IMG/VR virus record: IMGVR_UViG_3300050120_000230
Coordinates: 1 to 64,000 of that record
Strand: one strand, 5' to 3'
Length of the DNA: 64,000 nucleotides
Part shown: piece by piece, positions 27,701 through 38,200 of the stretch
Layout: every line of letters starts with the position of its first letter
Numbering within the stretch: position 1 is the first letter of the stretch
The notes under the pieces: generated by a model
What the model was told of the DNA's origin: nothing
Databases searched by the model: none
Seen by the model: only the letters and a program-made list of their open reading frames with translations
Made by a program: the position numbers and the translations under genes

Positions 27701-28653
27701 AACGATGAGGAGAAGGCGATGGTCCCGTTCTGCCGTGCGACCACGTTCCAAGCACCATCGGTATATGCGGTCCACACCCACGAGCCGGTGCCGTCGTCAT
27801 CGACGCGCACGAAGGTTGTCGTGGGATTGGGGTTCTCGGCGAGGTCACGGGCTTTGGCCGTGGCGTAGCGAACGACGGGCGGGTTGGTCGCGATGTAGCC
27901 GGTCGCATACCAGTCGATGTAGTCCCAAAAATCTCGCGTGCGATAGGTCTGATAGCGAAGCAGTTTGAAGCCTGCTGCATCCACGTCCGCGTCGCTGGAA
28001 ATACCGACGAACTCCCAGACGGTCCAGAAGCCAGAAGTCGTGCTCACGCCGTCCACGAGCACACGGGTGCCCACGGCAATCGGCGTAGAGCCTTGGGTCA
28101 GAAGATCGCGATCATGGAAAGACGTGACGTGGTGATCGTAGCCGGATGCGATGCTGAAAACTTCTTGCGGATTGGCGGCGATATGTTCGGGGGTCGGACC
28201 ACCGGCCGGGATGCTCGCGACGTAGACGCTCCATTGAGGGCCTTCTTGGTTTCCGAGACCGTTGACGAGAACGCTGGGATGTCCGCCAGCCAAAATCTCG
28301 GCAACGAACGCCGGATCGACCAACAGGCTGTCACGCTCTTGCAGCGAAAAAACTTGATAGTCCCACATGGTATTGGGTGGGGTGGCTTCGATCTGCGTCG
28401 TGCCCGGAGCCACGCGCCAGATGAGCGATTCTTGGACGGGAGTCTGTGCATCCATCAGGGCAACTGCCGAGGCGCGTTCGAGCGCCACCGGATTACGAGC
28501 AAAGATGATGTTGAGCATTCGCACAAAGGACGACCGCGCATCGAACAAGCCGGTGCGTGTGGAGTCCGTCACGAACATATTTTGGCCCGGCATGATACCA
28601 ACCGGGCCACCCTTGTAATATTTCGCGAGGGTGCCTGAAGAAGACTGCGTCAT
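24706..28653 (-). CDS. Large virion structural protein, probable C-terminal part of a split giant protein
   Basis: WAFKTSF, YLDEVKPYRVKTREF, PGVIWLNDERIEF..LRRGT; own TAAATA. Confidence 0.75.
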   Translation of the reverse strand: MTQSSSGTLAKYYKGGPVGIMPGQNMFVTDSTRTGLFDARSSFVRMLNIIFARNPVALERASAVALMDAQTPVQESLIWRVAPGTTQIEATPPNTMWDYQVFSLQERDSLLVDPAFVAEILAGGHPSVLVNGLGNQEGPQWSVYVASIPAGGPTPEHIAANPQEVFSIASGYDHHVTSFHDRDLLTQGSTPIAVGTRVLVDGVSTTSGFWTVWEFVGISSDADVDAAGFKLLRYQTYRTRDFWDYIDWYATGYIATNPPVVRYATAKARDLAENPNPTTTFVRVDDDGTGSWVWTAYTDGAWNVVARQNGTIAFSSSFYDDPSRPTIGLDPISANDLAKIGNRDGSWEFQVLFNLLQDAPALEPLEVNELFFSIMHFVHAQQDQVPWAFKTSFLNVGGYNEALTQTPVQPIDNTQNLLNYLDEVKPYRVKTREFTRLVTPQTDIANASSTDFDFPVYLDPTTGRYRNLDLTSALDMSIITTQSPWKEWFANYQNPISDPDLYIASGWNGVRHMNIGLNFDRVDHMPLLASQQFTFISDRPNPLGFVMAGIDPSIIDMREEIVEVFVNSTRLTDAQFTSDTDSVTIDVMPNDGDIVTINVKQNLTSGLAGDRIQRFYDPENAEAAEKNLEVLMGLQFKGNVMDGGSLGDNTNRDYDIDGNAPLSNAAEDVETINPNERYFGFADPELDAGRPQELVVTGTGESLKMVVQTNFNLGTPPESFRKFDTSNTATSAAVLYFGDILMQYNDGVAVFRDGVRAEEGTDYTVNLETNEVTVQLVANSVQVNEVIVKAFGISSYTSVEDLEVLEYTTGTPTFTLLKDVTPYVISITLNGEFLQSSDYTLTANSLTLANTPSQPSRIVLLAQGNPSVMGQPMGSKVFNETLTYNGSQIWTLTNPSKPFTDEDESSIIEVDGLRLLPTTDYSISNGVLHITKTVDANSRIAATTFSDKDQLGLETSIVNATVNGLYTFDSPFGLSYVWMTVNGVYHDPTIPAPKTLPTGQEKVVITNFRGQPLSRASWLISMNRPSTDLMAPKEVGDYDARPHDTTLYDVGRVGDTGIDPESETRDIFVIRSDAYEFVTWGVPDATLVGDLTPTSNTITVVPSTLGVMPFSLPVAEELSTNSAVTLSEFDASDHHRIITKPGVIWLNDERIEFFAYEIVGNTNVVLSELRRGTHNTRICTEQRHLVSYTADGSATAFALPGETVVNDLSVSVFEPLSYADGQPIRSDGYTGYSVLVPKFSSGQTNTLGTIQHDYTPTVVNGNLIATFAVPPPAGATVYLSTSKGLIHPNGSDVHDGRRKLDIRPDRVFGGETFYS

Positions 28654-28693
28654 GATCCTATTTATGAGCCGCCATAACTGCGGGTTTTACTCA

Positions 28694-29446
28694 TCAGTAG
28701 GAGATTTGCACGAAGCCTTGAACGCCAGAGCCGCCGACGAACCAGCTTGGGCCGGATCGATCATAAGAACCGCCACCGCCCCCGCCGGAACCATAGCCTG
28801 TGCCATCTTGGCCAGTGGTGCCGGGGCCAGCGTTGCCACCAGCGCCGCCAGCCGCACCGGCCAGAGGACCAGCGCCGCCCGGTGCACCCGGTGTGCTTGC
28901 AAAGTCGCTTGTGCCTGCCGGGCCGGTCTGTCCTGCATTGCCGTTAGGAGACCCGGAGAGGCCACCGGGAGCGGTGAGGCTGCCGTGGTTCACATTGGGG
29001 CTGCCGGAGCCTCCTTGGCCCCCAGAGGCCGTATAAACGTCGCTTCCGTGGGTGATAGTCGTGTCCCCGCCCGGATTGCCGTTTCCATCGACCGGATTGT
29101 GGTCGCTATTACCCGGAAGGTTGCCCGAACCGGGAAGGCCGATGTGAATAGTCAGCACGTCGCCGGGCGCGCAGGCGATGGGCACATTCTGTTGCCAGCC
29201 GCCGGAGCCGCCGCCGCCGCCGCCACCACCGGAACCGATCTGCGTCCCAGCGCCACCACCGGCGCCAGCACCAATCAGCCAGTCGATATTGACCGAGAAA
29301 ACACCGGGAGGAACGGTGAAGGAACCATCCGCAGTGAATTGCAGAGTGCCGGATGCAGCACTCGTCGTCGTGATAGAGAAAATTCGTTCGACGGGCGGGT
29401 TGACGCCATCCGATACCGAGACCGTAAACGAGGAGACTTGATCCAT
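28694..29446 (-). CDS. Gly-rich virion tip protein beginning with a partial Ig repeat
   Basis: FTADGSFTVPPGV..GAGAGGG Gly-rich domain; TAAATA 4 nt upstream. Confidence 0.75.
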   Translation of the reverse strand: MDQVSSFTVSVSDGVNPPVERIFSITTTSAASGTLQFTADGSFTVPPGVFSVNIDWLIGAGAGGGAGTQIGSGGGGGGGGSGGWQQNVPIACAPGDVLTIHIGLPGSGNLPGNSDHNPVDGNGNPGGDTTITHGSDVYTASGGQGGSGSPNVNHGSLTAPGGLSGSPNGNAGQTGPAGTSDFASTPGAPGGAGPLAGAAGGAGGNAGPGTTGQDGTGYGSGGGGGGSYDRSGPSWFVGGSGVQGFVQISY

Positions 29447-29453
29447 CCTCTAT

Positions 29454-32267
29454 TTACGTTTTCGTCAACGACGAGTTGAACGTATCGAGGACCGCACTAC
29501 CATCCGAGGTATTGATGACCGTGAATACAACGCTGGTGGTATGGTAACCACCGAAACGGAAGAGCACGACATCGCCGTTGACCACGTCGAAGCTTACATT
29601 AGTGCCACCTTGGATGATGCTCGCCGTTGAGAGTGTGCCGTTGATGTAAACCGCCAGATTTTCCCCGGCAGCCAACGTGCGATTACACGCAATATTCAAC
29701 GTGATGTGGGTGTTGATCCCAGTGATGCCTTGGGTGTTCGTGTTGCCACCAATGGACACGCCGGGGATGAAGCTATCGTCAGTCGGGCCGGTCGCGGAAG
29801 TGTCCGTCCAGTTCACTGGATCGGGTGTGCGGTCAAACTGGTGCGTTCCGGTAATCAGGCCGCCAGAGGTCATCGAGAAACCGGCCGGAAGAGCCGTGTT
29901 CGCAAAGAAGGTCAACGGATCGCCTTCGGGGTCGTGTGCGACCAATTGGAAGCTATTCGTATCGCCGGGGAAACCGGTCAGGGCCGGAATATCACCTGCG
30001 GGAGTGTCCCACACTGGCGGTAGATTGGCGGCTGCCGCGATGACGTTCATCTGGAACGAACGGTCAGTGGTTTTCGCACCGTCGCTCGCCGTGACCGAGA
30101 ACACAGTGTTCGTTGCGATATTCGCGATGTTGCCCGTGATGAGACCGCCGCCTGTCAGAGACAAACCGACCGGAAGCGTGGTCGAGTTGGCCAACGAATA
30201 GGTGACCGGCTTACCCTCTGGATCGTGAGCCAAGAGTTGTTGGTGAGCGGCAGTGTTGCCGACAAACGTTCCGAGCGATCCGGCGGGCGTGTCCCAAACC
30301 GGAGGAGCATCGACATGCTGAATCGTCAGATTGAAGTCACGCGATACGGTGTATTGACCATCCGACGCATTGACCGTGAAATCGTAAACCGAGAGATCGT
30401 TCTGTTGAAGAAGCGTGCCACGCATCTCGTAGATGGAGTTCGAATACGGCGGGCCATCCTTACGGCGGGTGAGATCGGAATAGGGTGGGCCACCATTGTC
30501 GAAGGCGGCGCGGTTCAAACGAATGCGGCCACGGATTGCGACGTAGGGAGAAGGGTCGGGGAGCGTGAACTCTGCGCTGATCGTATACCATTGGTTCAGC
30601 GTCCACAGCGACGTGTCGAAGAGATCGTAGCCGACATTATTCGGATCAGAGACATACCCGGCGCCGGAGCGTTGGCCTTGAATGGTGATGACGCCGTTGG
30701 CGAAGAAACAGTCGAACGCCGGGCGAACGAAACCCTTCTGTGAGTTGTCGTCTTGAGTCTTGCGAATGGAATATTTGATGACGTAGCGCGCACCCGGCAT
30801 CGGGGTGGTTTCTTGGTTGTCGGAGACGAATGTCGTCTGTGCAGCTTTCGACCGGAAAACGTGCGTGCCGTCGCTATCGACAGCCAGATAAGAAGGCCCG
30901 GCAAGGGTGGAATTAAGGCCAGTCGGATCGACGATATACCAAACTGTGTTGGCGTTCGCGATCTCTTCGTCACCAACAGAGAAAGCCTGTGGAATGCCGG
31001 TGAGCACACCGGTGTTTGAGACCGACGAAATTGACATGCCGATAACGTCAATGCCCGACAATGCGATACCGTTTGCGGACACGTTGGAGATCGAATAGGT
31101 CAACGGGTCTTGGTCTACGTCCGTCGCAATGAACGTGATCGGAGACATGGACGTGTTCTCAAGGAACAGACCGACGTTGCCTGTCGCCGGAGACTGGAAG
31201 ATCGGGGGAACGTTGACGTTCTTGACGCGCAGACTGAACGTGCGCGGAACATCGAACTCACCATCGTAGGCGAACACTTGGAACGGGAAATCTCGGTGCA
31301 TGTTGCGCGCCGATCCCACAAAGGGACTTTCCGGCACGATCTGGTCGGCGACAGGCGGAAGGCTGCCGGTCAGCACGCCGTTCGCGTTCAGGGCGAGCGT
31401 CGAGTTGGCGATCTCGCCATTGAACAGCGAACCGTTGGCGCGGAACACGAGTGGTGCATTGACTTCCGGGTTGGGGTTGAAGTCGATCTCGGGGTCGTCC
31501 ACGCCGAGGACTTTGTAGCCCACAGCATTGTTTCCCACGGCCGGGTTGCCGAACGAGTCAACGGCTTCAATCGACGTGATGCCAGAGACACGCAGCGTGC
31601 GAATATCACCGGTGGTGATGCTGTGCAGTGCAGGCGTGCCAGCCGGGGACGTGATCTTGAAATACGCCCCGCCTTCGTAGGATGCCCCGTAGTCCACCGG
31701 GCTGCTGTGAAAGGTATTGACCGAGGCAATGATATCTTGCGTCGTCTGGGCGATGGAATTGTTGAACGGAATCGTCGCGGAGATCAGGATACCGTTGGCC
31801 ACCAGCGTCGCGTTGCCGGTGGTTCCGGTGAACATCCACAGGTCGGTGACCGTCGCTTGCGCGATGTCTTGACCCTCGAACATTTCAAGGATCAGGCCAC
31901 CACTGGAAACAGACCAGACCGGCGGCAAGTTGATGTGTTTGACAGTGATCGAGAACGGCTGGTCCTTGATGTTCACACCGTCGAAGGCGCCGACGTTGAA
32001 ATACCAAGTGTGGTCGCCTTTGAGCGTTTCGCCGGTGTCGTAATGCTTGAGGTCCAGAGTTCCCGTGATCGTGCCTTCGGACGGATCAAGGAAAGCGCCA
32101 TCAGGCAGGCTGCCACTCGTCAACAGATAGGTGACATCCTGCATTTCAGGGTCACGAGCGGACAGCCGGGCGAGGAACGAATCACCTTCGTAGCAGACAC
32201 CATTGGTCATATCCGGCCGGTGCTTGCTCTGGATTTCGTTCAGTAGAGGGAAAGCATTGTCGATCAT
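29454..32267 (-). CDS. Virion protein with tandem putative Ig (He_PIG-like) repeats
   Basis: Repeated PPVW...A.DPEG.P.TY...LP.GLSL...G.ITG...F.V.ASDG..R.F units. Confidence 0.8.
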   Translation of the reverse strand: MIDNAFPLLNEIQSKHRPDMTNGVCYEGDSFLARLSARDPEMQDVTYLLTSGSLPDGAFLDPSEGTITGTLDLKHYDTGETLKGDHTWYFNVGAFDGVNIKDQPFSITVKHINLPPVWSVSSGGLILEMFEGQDIAQATVTDLWMFTGTTGNATLVANGILISATIPFNNSIAQTTQDIIASVNTFHSSPVDYGASYEGGAYFKITSPAGTPALHSITTGDIRTLRVSGITSIEAVDSFGNPAVGNNAVGYKVLGVDDPEIDFNPNPEVNAPLVFRANGSLFNGEIANSTLALNANGVLTGSLPPVADQIVPESPFVGSARNMHRDFPFQVFAYDGEFDVPRTFSLRVKNVNVPPIFQSPATGNVGLFLENTSMSPITFIATDVDQDPLTYSISNVSANGIALSGIDVIGMSISSVSNTGVLTGIPQAFSVGDEEIANANTVWYIVDPTGLNSTLAGPSYLAVDSDGTHVFRSKAAQTTFVSDNQETTPMPGARYVIKYSIRKTQDDNSQKGFVRPAFDCFFANGVITIQGQRSGAGYVSDPNNVGYDLFDTSLWTLNQWYTISAEFTLPDPSPYVAIRGRIRLNRAAFDNGGPPYSDLTRRKDGPPYSNSIYEMRGTLLQQNDLSVYDFTVNASDGQYTVSRDFNLTIQHVDAPPVWDTPAGSLGTFVGNTAAHQQLLAHDPEGKPVTYSLANSTTLPVGLSLTGGGLITGNIANIATNTVFSVTASDGAKTTDRSFQMNVIAAAANLPPVWDTPAGDIPALTGFPGDTNSFQLVAHDPEGDPLTFFANTALPAGFSMTSGGLITGTHQFDRTPDPVNWTDTSATGPTDDSFIPGVSIGGNTNTQGITGINTHITLNIACNRTLAAGENLAVYINGTLSTASIIQGGTNVSFDVVNGDVVLFRFGGYHTTSVVFTVINTSDGSAVLDTFNSSLTKT

Positions 32268-35200
32268 CGAAGACTCGGGTCAATAGGAACATCATCAGCA
32301 TCGGGGCCAGTATACCAAACCGGTGGCTTATTTACCGAGGTAACAGCCGAAGGCAGAACAAGCACAGGCGGGAGCAACATCTTCGTTTGGTCGAAACCAA
32401 CCAAACTGTCGCGCAGCTTCTCCCACAGCCATTCCGGCGGCAGGGAGCGTTCGTCTTGCGGACGAAGCAGGAGCCATTGATCGTGCACGACGCCTTCGTC
32501 ATCATCGCTGACTTCGATTTGCAGCACGGTGCCGGACGATGCAGACTCCGTGGACTCGTCAAACGTGTCGTCCAAGAACGGATTGACACCGCCGACCAGC
32601 ACACCGTTCGGCATGACCGGAGCGATCCACGGCTGATCTTCGATCATCGGATTGGTGATGAAGTTCGAAACCGTGGCGACCGACATCTGACGGCCAACGT
32701 TGGCCGGGATGTTCAGGCGGTTTTTGACCCAGAAATAGAAGTAGGTGGCGATCACACCGCCCACGGACTCTTCTGCCTCAACCCAGCTAGGATTTTCGGA
32801 GTTGTAGACAACACCGTCGATGGTGCCGGTGGTGTCCGTCAGAACAGCGGCTTCATACTCAAGCGGATGCAGAGTGGAACGCGTCCATTCGTAAACATCG
32901 ACTGACGTGCTTGGGGCGATCTGACCCCAGTGCCCGATACGGTATTGGACTTCTTGGTTGTAGCGGCTGCTGCTGGTCAGACCAAAGCTGACGTTGTCGG
33001 TTTCGGTCTCAAGGAAGCGAACCGTCTTGAGGTCCCACCACACGCGGCCGACTTGTGCCGGACCCCAAGGTCCAACAGCTTGACCGGTGGACGAGAACGA
33101 CGGCGTGCCATCTTCGTCGAAGGAACTCGGTACGACGTTATAGTTCGCCGGATCGTAGTCCACGATGTAGTCAATCTCGGCCTTTGCGCGGCCGGGAATG
33201 ATGCCGGTCAACGGCGTCACGACGGTCAGGTGGTCGAGCGACAGAGGCTCGGGTTCCAACGACGTGGTGGTGACTTTGGTCTTCAGGTTGTAGATCAGCG
33301 ACGACGCAATTCGAGCGCCATCCATGCGGGTCGGTTGTGACCGCACGACGTTCCAGAACTTGAAGGTATCCGTCCGGCGATTGTTGTCGTCGGCGATGGT
33401 GATTTGGTTGTCCGGCTGCACTTCGCCGTCTGCATAGTCGTCAAGAATTTCGGTGATCGAACCACGCTGATAGACACGCCACGGCGAGCCATCGACGTAG
33501 GCGATGTCCCCATCCAAAACGCCGACACGATTCTTGAAGGAATTGAACTCGTCGAGATTGGTGAAGTGGATCGTGCGGAGCACACGCAGCGCCGGGCCGA
33601 TCTGACCTTTGGAGACGAACTCGTAGCCCTTCTTGCCGGTGGTCAGGATGTCGATCCAGTTATCGCCGAGGTCCCAAACACGCTGCACACCTTGCAACAG
33701 AGGATCAGAGAAAGTGTCGCCGTCGATGACGATGAACAGGCCGCGATCCGTGCTGACCAACCCGTGAGGATTGACCGTGTAGATGCGAGTCGTCGTGTTC
33801 GACAACGTAATGTCTTCGGCGTTGGTCACCACGTTGGCGACGGTGTTCGTGTTGCCGTCTGCGCTGAGATTGTAGACTTTCAACGCATCCCAAACCGGAC
33901 GCTTGGAAACGACCATTTCCTGAGACATGACTTCGAAGATCGCATCGGAATACGGGGTCGTGACCAAGTCATCGGGATAGGAGCGATTGACGCGCAGACG
34001 CGAGCGAGCTTCGGTGAACGGTGGGGAGATCGGAACCGTCCATTCGCACTCGACATCATACCAACGGTCGAGCACCCAATTCGAAGTGTCGATCATATCC
34101 GTCTGCTTCGTGAAGCCGAAGCCAGACTTCGTTCCAAGCGCCGGAGCATCGGAGCCATCGGCCTTGAAGGCGTCGAACGCCGGGCGAACGAATGCCTTGA
34201 TGCCGTTAGTCTCGCGCAGAGTTTTACGCACGCTGAACGACACATTGTAGGTCTCGCCGGGAACCGGCACGAAACTATCGTCGCTGCTGATGTAGGGCGC
34301 TTCGCCAGCCGTAGATTGGAAGACCCGCGTACCATCGTCGAGGACCGTTGTTTGGTCGTTGGCGAGCGTCCGGGCGTTAGACGTTCCGTCCCAGTGGCCG
34401 GAGCCTAGAGCGATACCGAGTTCATACCAGTCGGTCGCACTGACCTGAGAGATTTCACGGCTCTCAAGATTGTTGTGAACCCACACGACTTCGCCGAGCG
34501 GCAAGGTCACGCCAGCGTTTGCATCGTAGACCGTGAGCACGTCATCGACCGAAAAGACAGTATGATCGACTTCGGTCAGACGCACATAGCCGGAGACCGG
34601 AAGATCGCCCGGCAACGGCTTTGCGTTCGGCCGCTGCGGGAAAGTGCTGAGCGGATTGTTCGGACGTTCGACCCATTTCGAATCGACGCCAGTGATCGTG
34701 CTGTCCGCCAGTTCGATCCAGTCCGGCTGTTGAGAAACGACCGGAGAGTTTGCGTCAGTGACGCGGAATTCGATGTATTGCGGATCGCGTTTGACGGTCG
34801 ATTGACCGAACAGGAATGCGACACGGTTGCGGTTTTGAATCGCACCATATTCATCGATCTTGATCGCCCACTCTTCGAAGAATTGTAGGTCGCGGCTTTG
34901 CTCGATGAAGTCGGAGCGCAGCAGCTTGTTGAAGGCGCCGGGCGCCCCCTTCTGGTGGATCAAGCCTTGGTAGAACTCGAACTGTTCCACTTCCGAAAGC
35001 ACGAGGCTGGCCAGATAGTCTCGGCTATCGTAACCGATGCTATGACGAGCGTGATCGCGTAGTGTTGCGTTGTCCGCCTTTTCGATGTCCCACATCGTCA
35101 GAAGATCAGTCGCAGCCTTGTCGAAGTTCGACTTGATGACGTTGTCGATGAGCACGTAGCCCGGAATGTCGAGGCGGCCGTTCCAGTCCATGGCGCGGTT

Positions 35201-38200
35201 GCCAATCAGACGAAGACGAGGCTGACGCAGATTGAACAGCGGCGCGTAAATGATGTCGTTGAAAATCGTCGTATTGTTGAAGATCAAGACGTGCTCGATC
35301 TCACCGATGTTCACGCGCGAACCGAACACATCGGAGTTCTTCGACAACAGCATGGCTTCACCGTCGATACGGTTAACCACGACGTTCTCACGCTTGATCG
35401 GCATACCCGCGCGATCTAGCATTCCGTAGACGCCGTTGATCGGGCTGAGAACGTCCAGAACCATACCGTGATCGGTGTTGAATTTCAGGCCACTAGCGCC
35501 GGGCGACAGGGCGATGAAGTTGCCGGGCTGCCAGTTGACCTGAGACCACGCGAGGAACTCGCGTACAGCCAAGGACCAGTCGAGCGGCTCTTGGGTGTCG
35601 GGATTGACCTGATCGAACACCCAGCCGTGGGCCACGAGGTAACGCTCGTAGCTGAGCAGGAAATCGGCAACTTGTTGGAAGGTCGCGAAGACCGTTCCGT
35701 AGGCAACTTGCTGCGTGTCGGGGCCGCCACGTCCGTAGGTGACAACGCGCGGCGCCTGTTGCGGAATGGCAGAGACCACCGACCAGAAAGTCTGATCGAA
35801 AACCGCACTGCTGGTGTGCCCCTTGATCGCCGAATAGACTGTGCTCTGGTAGGCAACGTTCGTGCCGCTCGGATAATAGGTATTCGGTCGCCATGTGTTG
35901 ATGACGGGCTCCGGCGTTGAGGCCAGACTGATGAGACCCTTCGGGCCATTTTCGAGGCCGGGGATCGTCGTGAAGAACGGTGTGCGAGTGTCGTAACCGA
36001 TCACGCGCCAGCCTTGGCCCGTCCATTCGATGACAACGCCGCTATAGACTTCTTCGCGTGTCGAAGGCGAATGATAGAGTTGCACGTCAACGTCTTCGGC
36101 CGGGAGCAGACCGAAGTTGTCGGCGAGCACGCGCAGGTTGTCAGACGTGGTGAAACCCGCCACCTTGTGGGCGAGCTTGACAGTGAGGCCACGGATAGCC
36201 GAACCGAAGTTCGACGGTGCTTGACCACGCGAAACCATGTAGTCGCTGATCCACTGCTGAACGCCTTCGGCGACGACCTTCGTGCCGGTCAGATCGAGTT
36301 CGCCATGCACGTAGATCGTGCTGTCCAAAGGACGGTTGCCGGTGGGTCCGTAAATCCATTGGCCGGTGTCGTCTTGAATCAGATTAGTGGTGTCCCAACC
36401 TTGCTCAACGAAACGAGCGGGCTTGATGAGGAAACCGATCTGAGCTTGCGCGAAGCAGAACGATTGCGACAGACGCCACAGGGCTTCCACGGGACCGATG
36501 TCTCCGGCCTGCCAAGGTGCAGTCGCCTGCTGATAGGTCGGTGCGTCGGGGATGATGCCACACTGGATGGGATCAAGCAGATTGCCTTCTTCATCGACCG
36601 GAAGAACGAGGTCGAGATCGGCGCGTGCATAACGCACATCGGTGCCAGCACGAGGTCCGCCACGGATCAAACCGTCGCGCAAATCTTCCCACAGTTTGGT
36701 GTTGCCGCTCGTGTAAGGAGCCGGGCCATATTCACCCTGCCACCACGTCGGCTTATCCACAAAGCCGAGCATCTCCCACGGCGCCACATGCGGTCGGAAG
36801 GTATCGTAGTAGAGGATGTAGATGCCGCGCCAATTACCCGGAACCGGGTTAGATTCCCGATCCACGCTGGACGAGAAATTCCATGTGAACGGGTTGGATG
36901 GATCGTAGCTATTATTCGCTCGATAATCGAGACGATTGATCTGAGCCCAGCGTTGGAAATAGGGCGAATACATCGCGTCGATTTCGGCGCTGGTATAGTT
37001 CAGATCGGTAGCCGTTACGAACTTCGTGGCCACGTAATGTTGGAGATCGAACAACGGGCGAGCTTCGGTCTTGAAGCGGGCGTTGATGTTGTCGAAAATG
37101 CGCTGTTCGAGCGCCAGCATGATCGGATCACGCATGTCGCCAAACGCGGGGACTGCACTGCCATCGTGGCCGCGAACCAACGTCACCGGTGAACTGAAAC
37201 TATTGTCCACATAGATGACCGGCTGGCTTACCGAGGCCAGACCCATTGATGCCGGGGTGGGCGGAATGAAGAACTGGCCACCAGCCATCGTGCTCCCCGA
37301 GAACGGGAAGTCACTGGTCTTGTTGAGACGCAGTTGATTGAGGATTGCGGTGACCCACAGTTCAGGAGCGTCGGTGTCCACCAACGTGCCAGCCGCACGG
37401 AAATCGAGGATCGTTTGAACGAATTTGTTGCGGAAACGTGAGTATTCTTGCTCGGCGTAGCGCAGAGAAGACGGTAGATCGTAGTTCGCATTCGCAGAGA
37501 TCAACATCGTCTTCAGGAGCGGAGAACGGTGTTGGAGAATCTTGTTGCCGTTACCCAGAACCTTGGCGGTGTCGCGCCAGTTGTTCACACTGTAGGGGTG
37601 GCCGGTGAACCCAACCTGTTGGGTCATGATCTCGCTAAAATGGTCGAACCATTCGTTGCGGCTGATCGTATCGACTTGCAGATTGCCGGGGTTGGCTTGC
37701 AGGTTCAACGGGATTTCGTAGACACCATTGACCAACGCCTGTGTGCTCGGTGTCGCCACCGGGAACCAGTTGTTGGAGAACGAGCCATTGTCGGTCTCCG
37801 ACAGGAAGTGGTGATAGTAGAAACCACTGACGGTCCCACCAACGTAAGTGACCCGATTGACGACGGGGTCGATCTCGAAGAGCGGCTGTGCAAACGAATT
37901 GACGATGATCGGGAAACCGAGCACTGCGTCCGGTGTGCCCGTGCCAATCTTGTAACCGAACAGACGGCTGCCAGCGAAGTCAGTACCTTGGTAGACGTTG
38001 TCGTCGTTGAGCGCATTCTCCGACGAATCGTAGAGCATGAACAACGGATTTGAAGCGCCAGTCTGAGCGATCTGCCATTCGATACCGTCGAACCAATATT
38101 CCACGGGATCGGTGAACACGCTGTCGGTCGGGTGACCCACGCGAATGATGTCGCCACGTACCGGCTGACCTTCGAGCACGAGTTCGATCACGTCGGCTGT

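Noticed and set aside
32264-32285. Programmed frameshift fusing the 2495-aa and 937-aa ORFs
   Set aside because: The downstream frame has a stop five codons before its ATG and there is no slippery heptamer. The ATGA overlap and an internal TAAATA at 32329-32334 favour separate expression.
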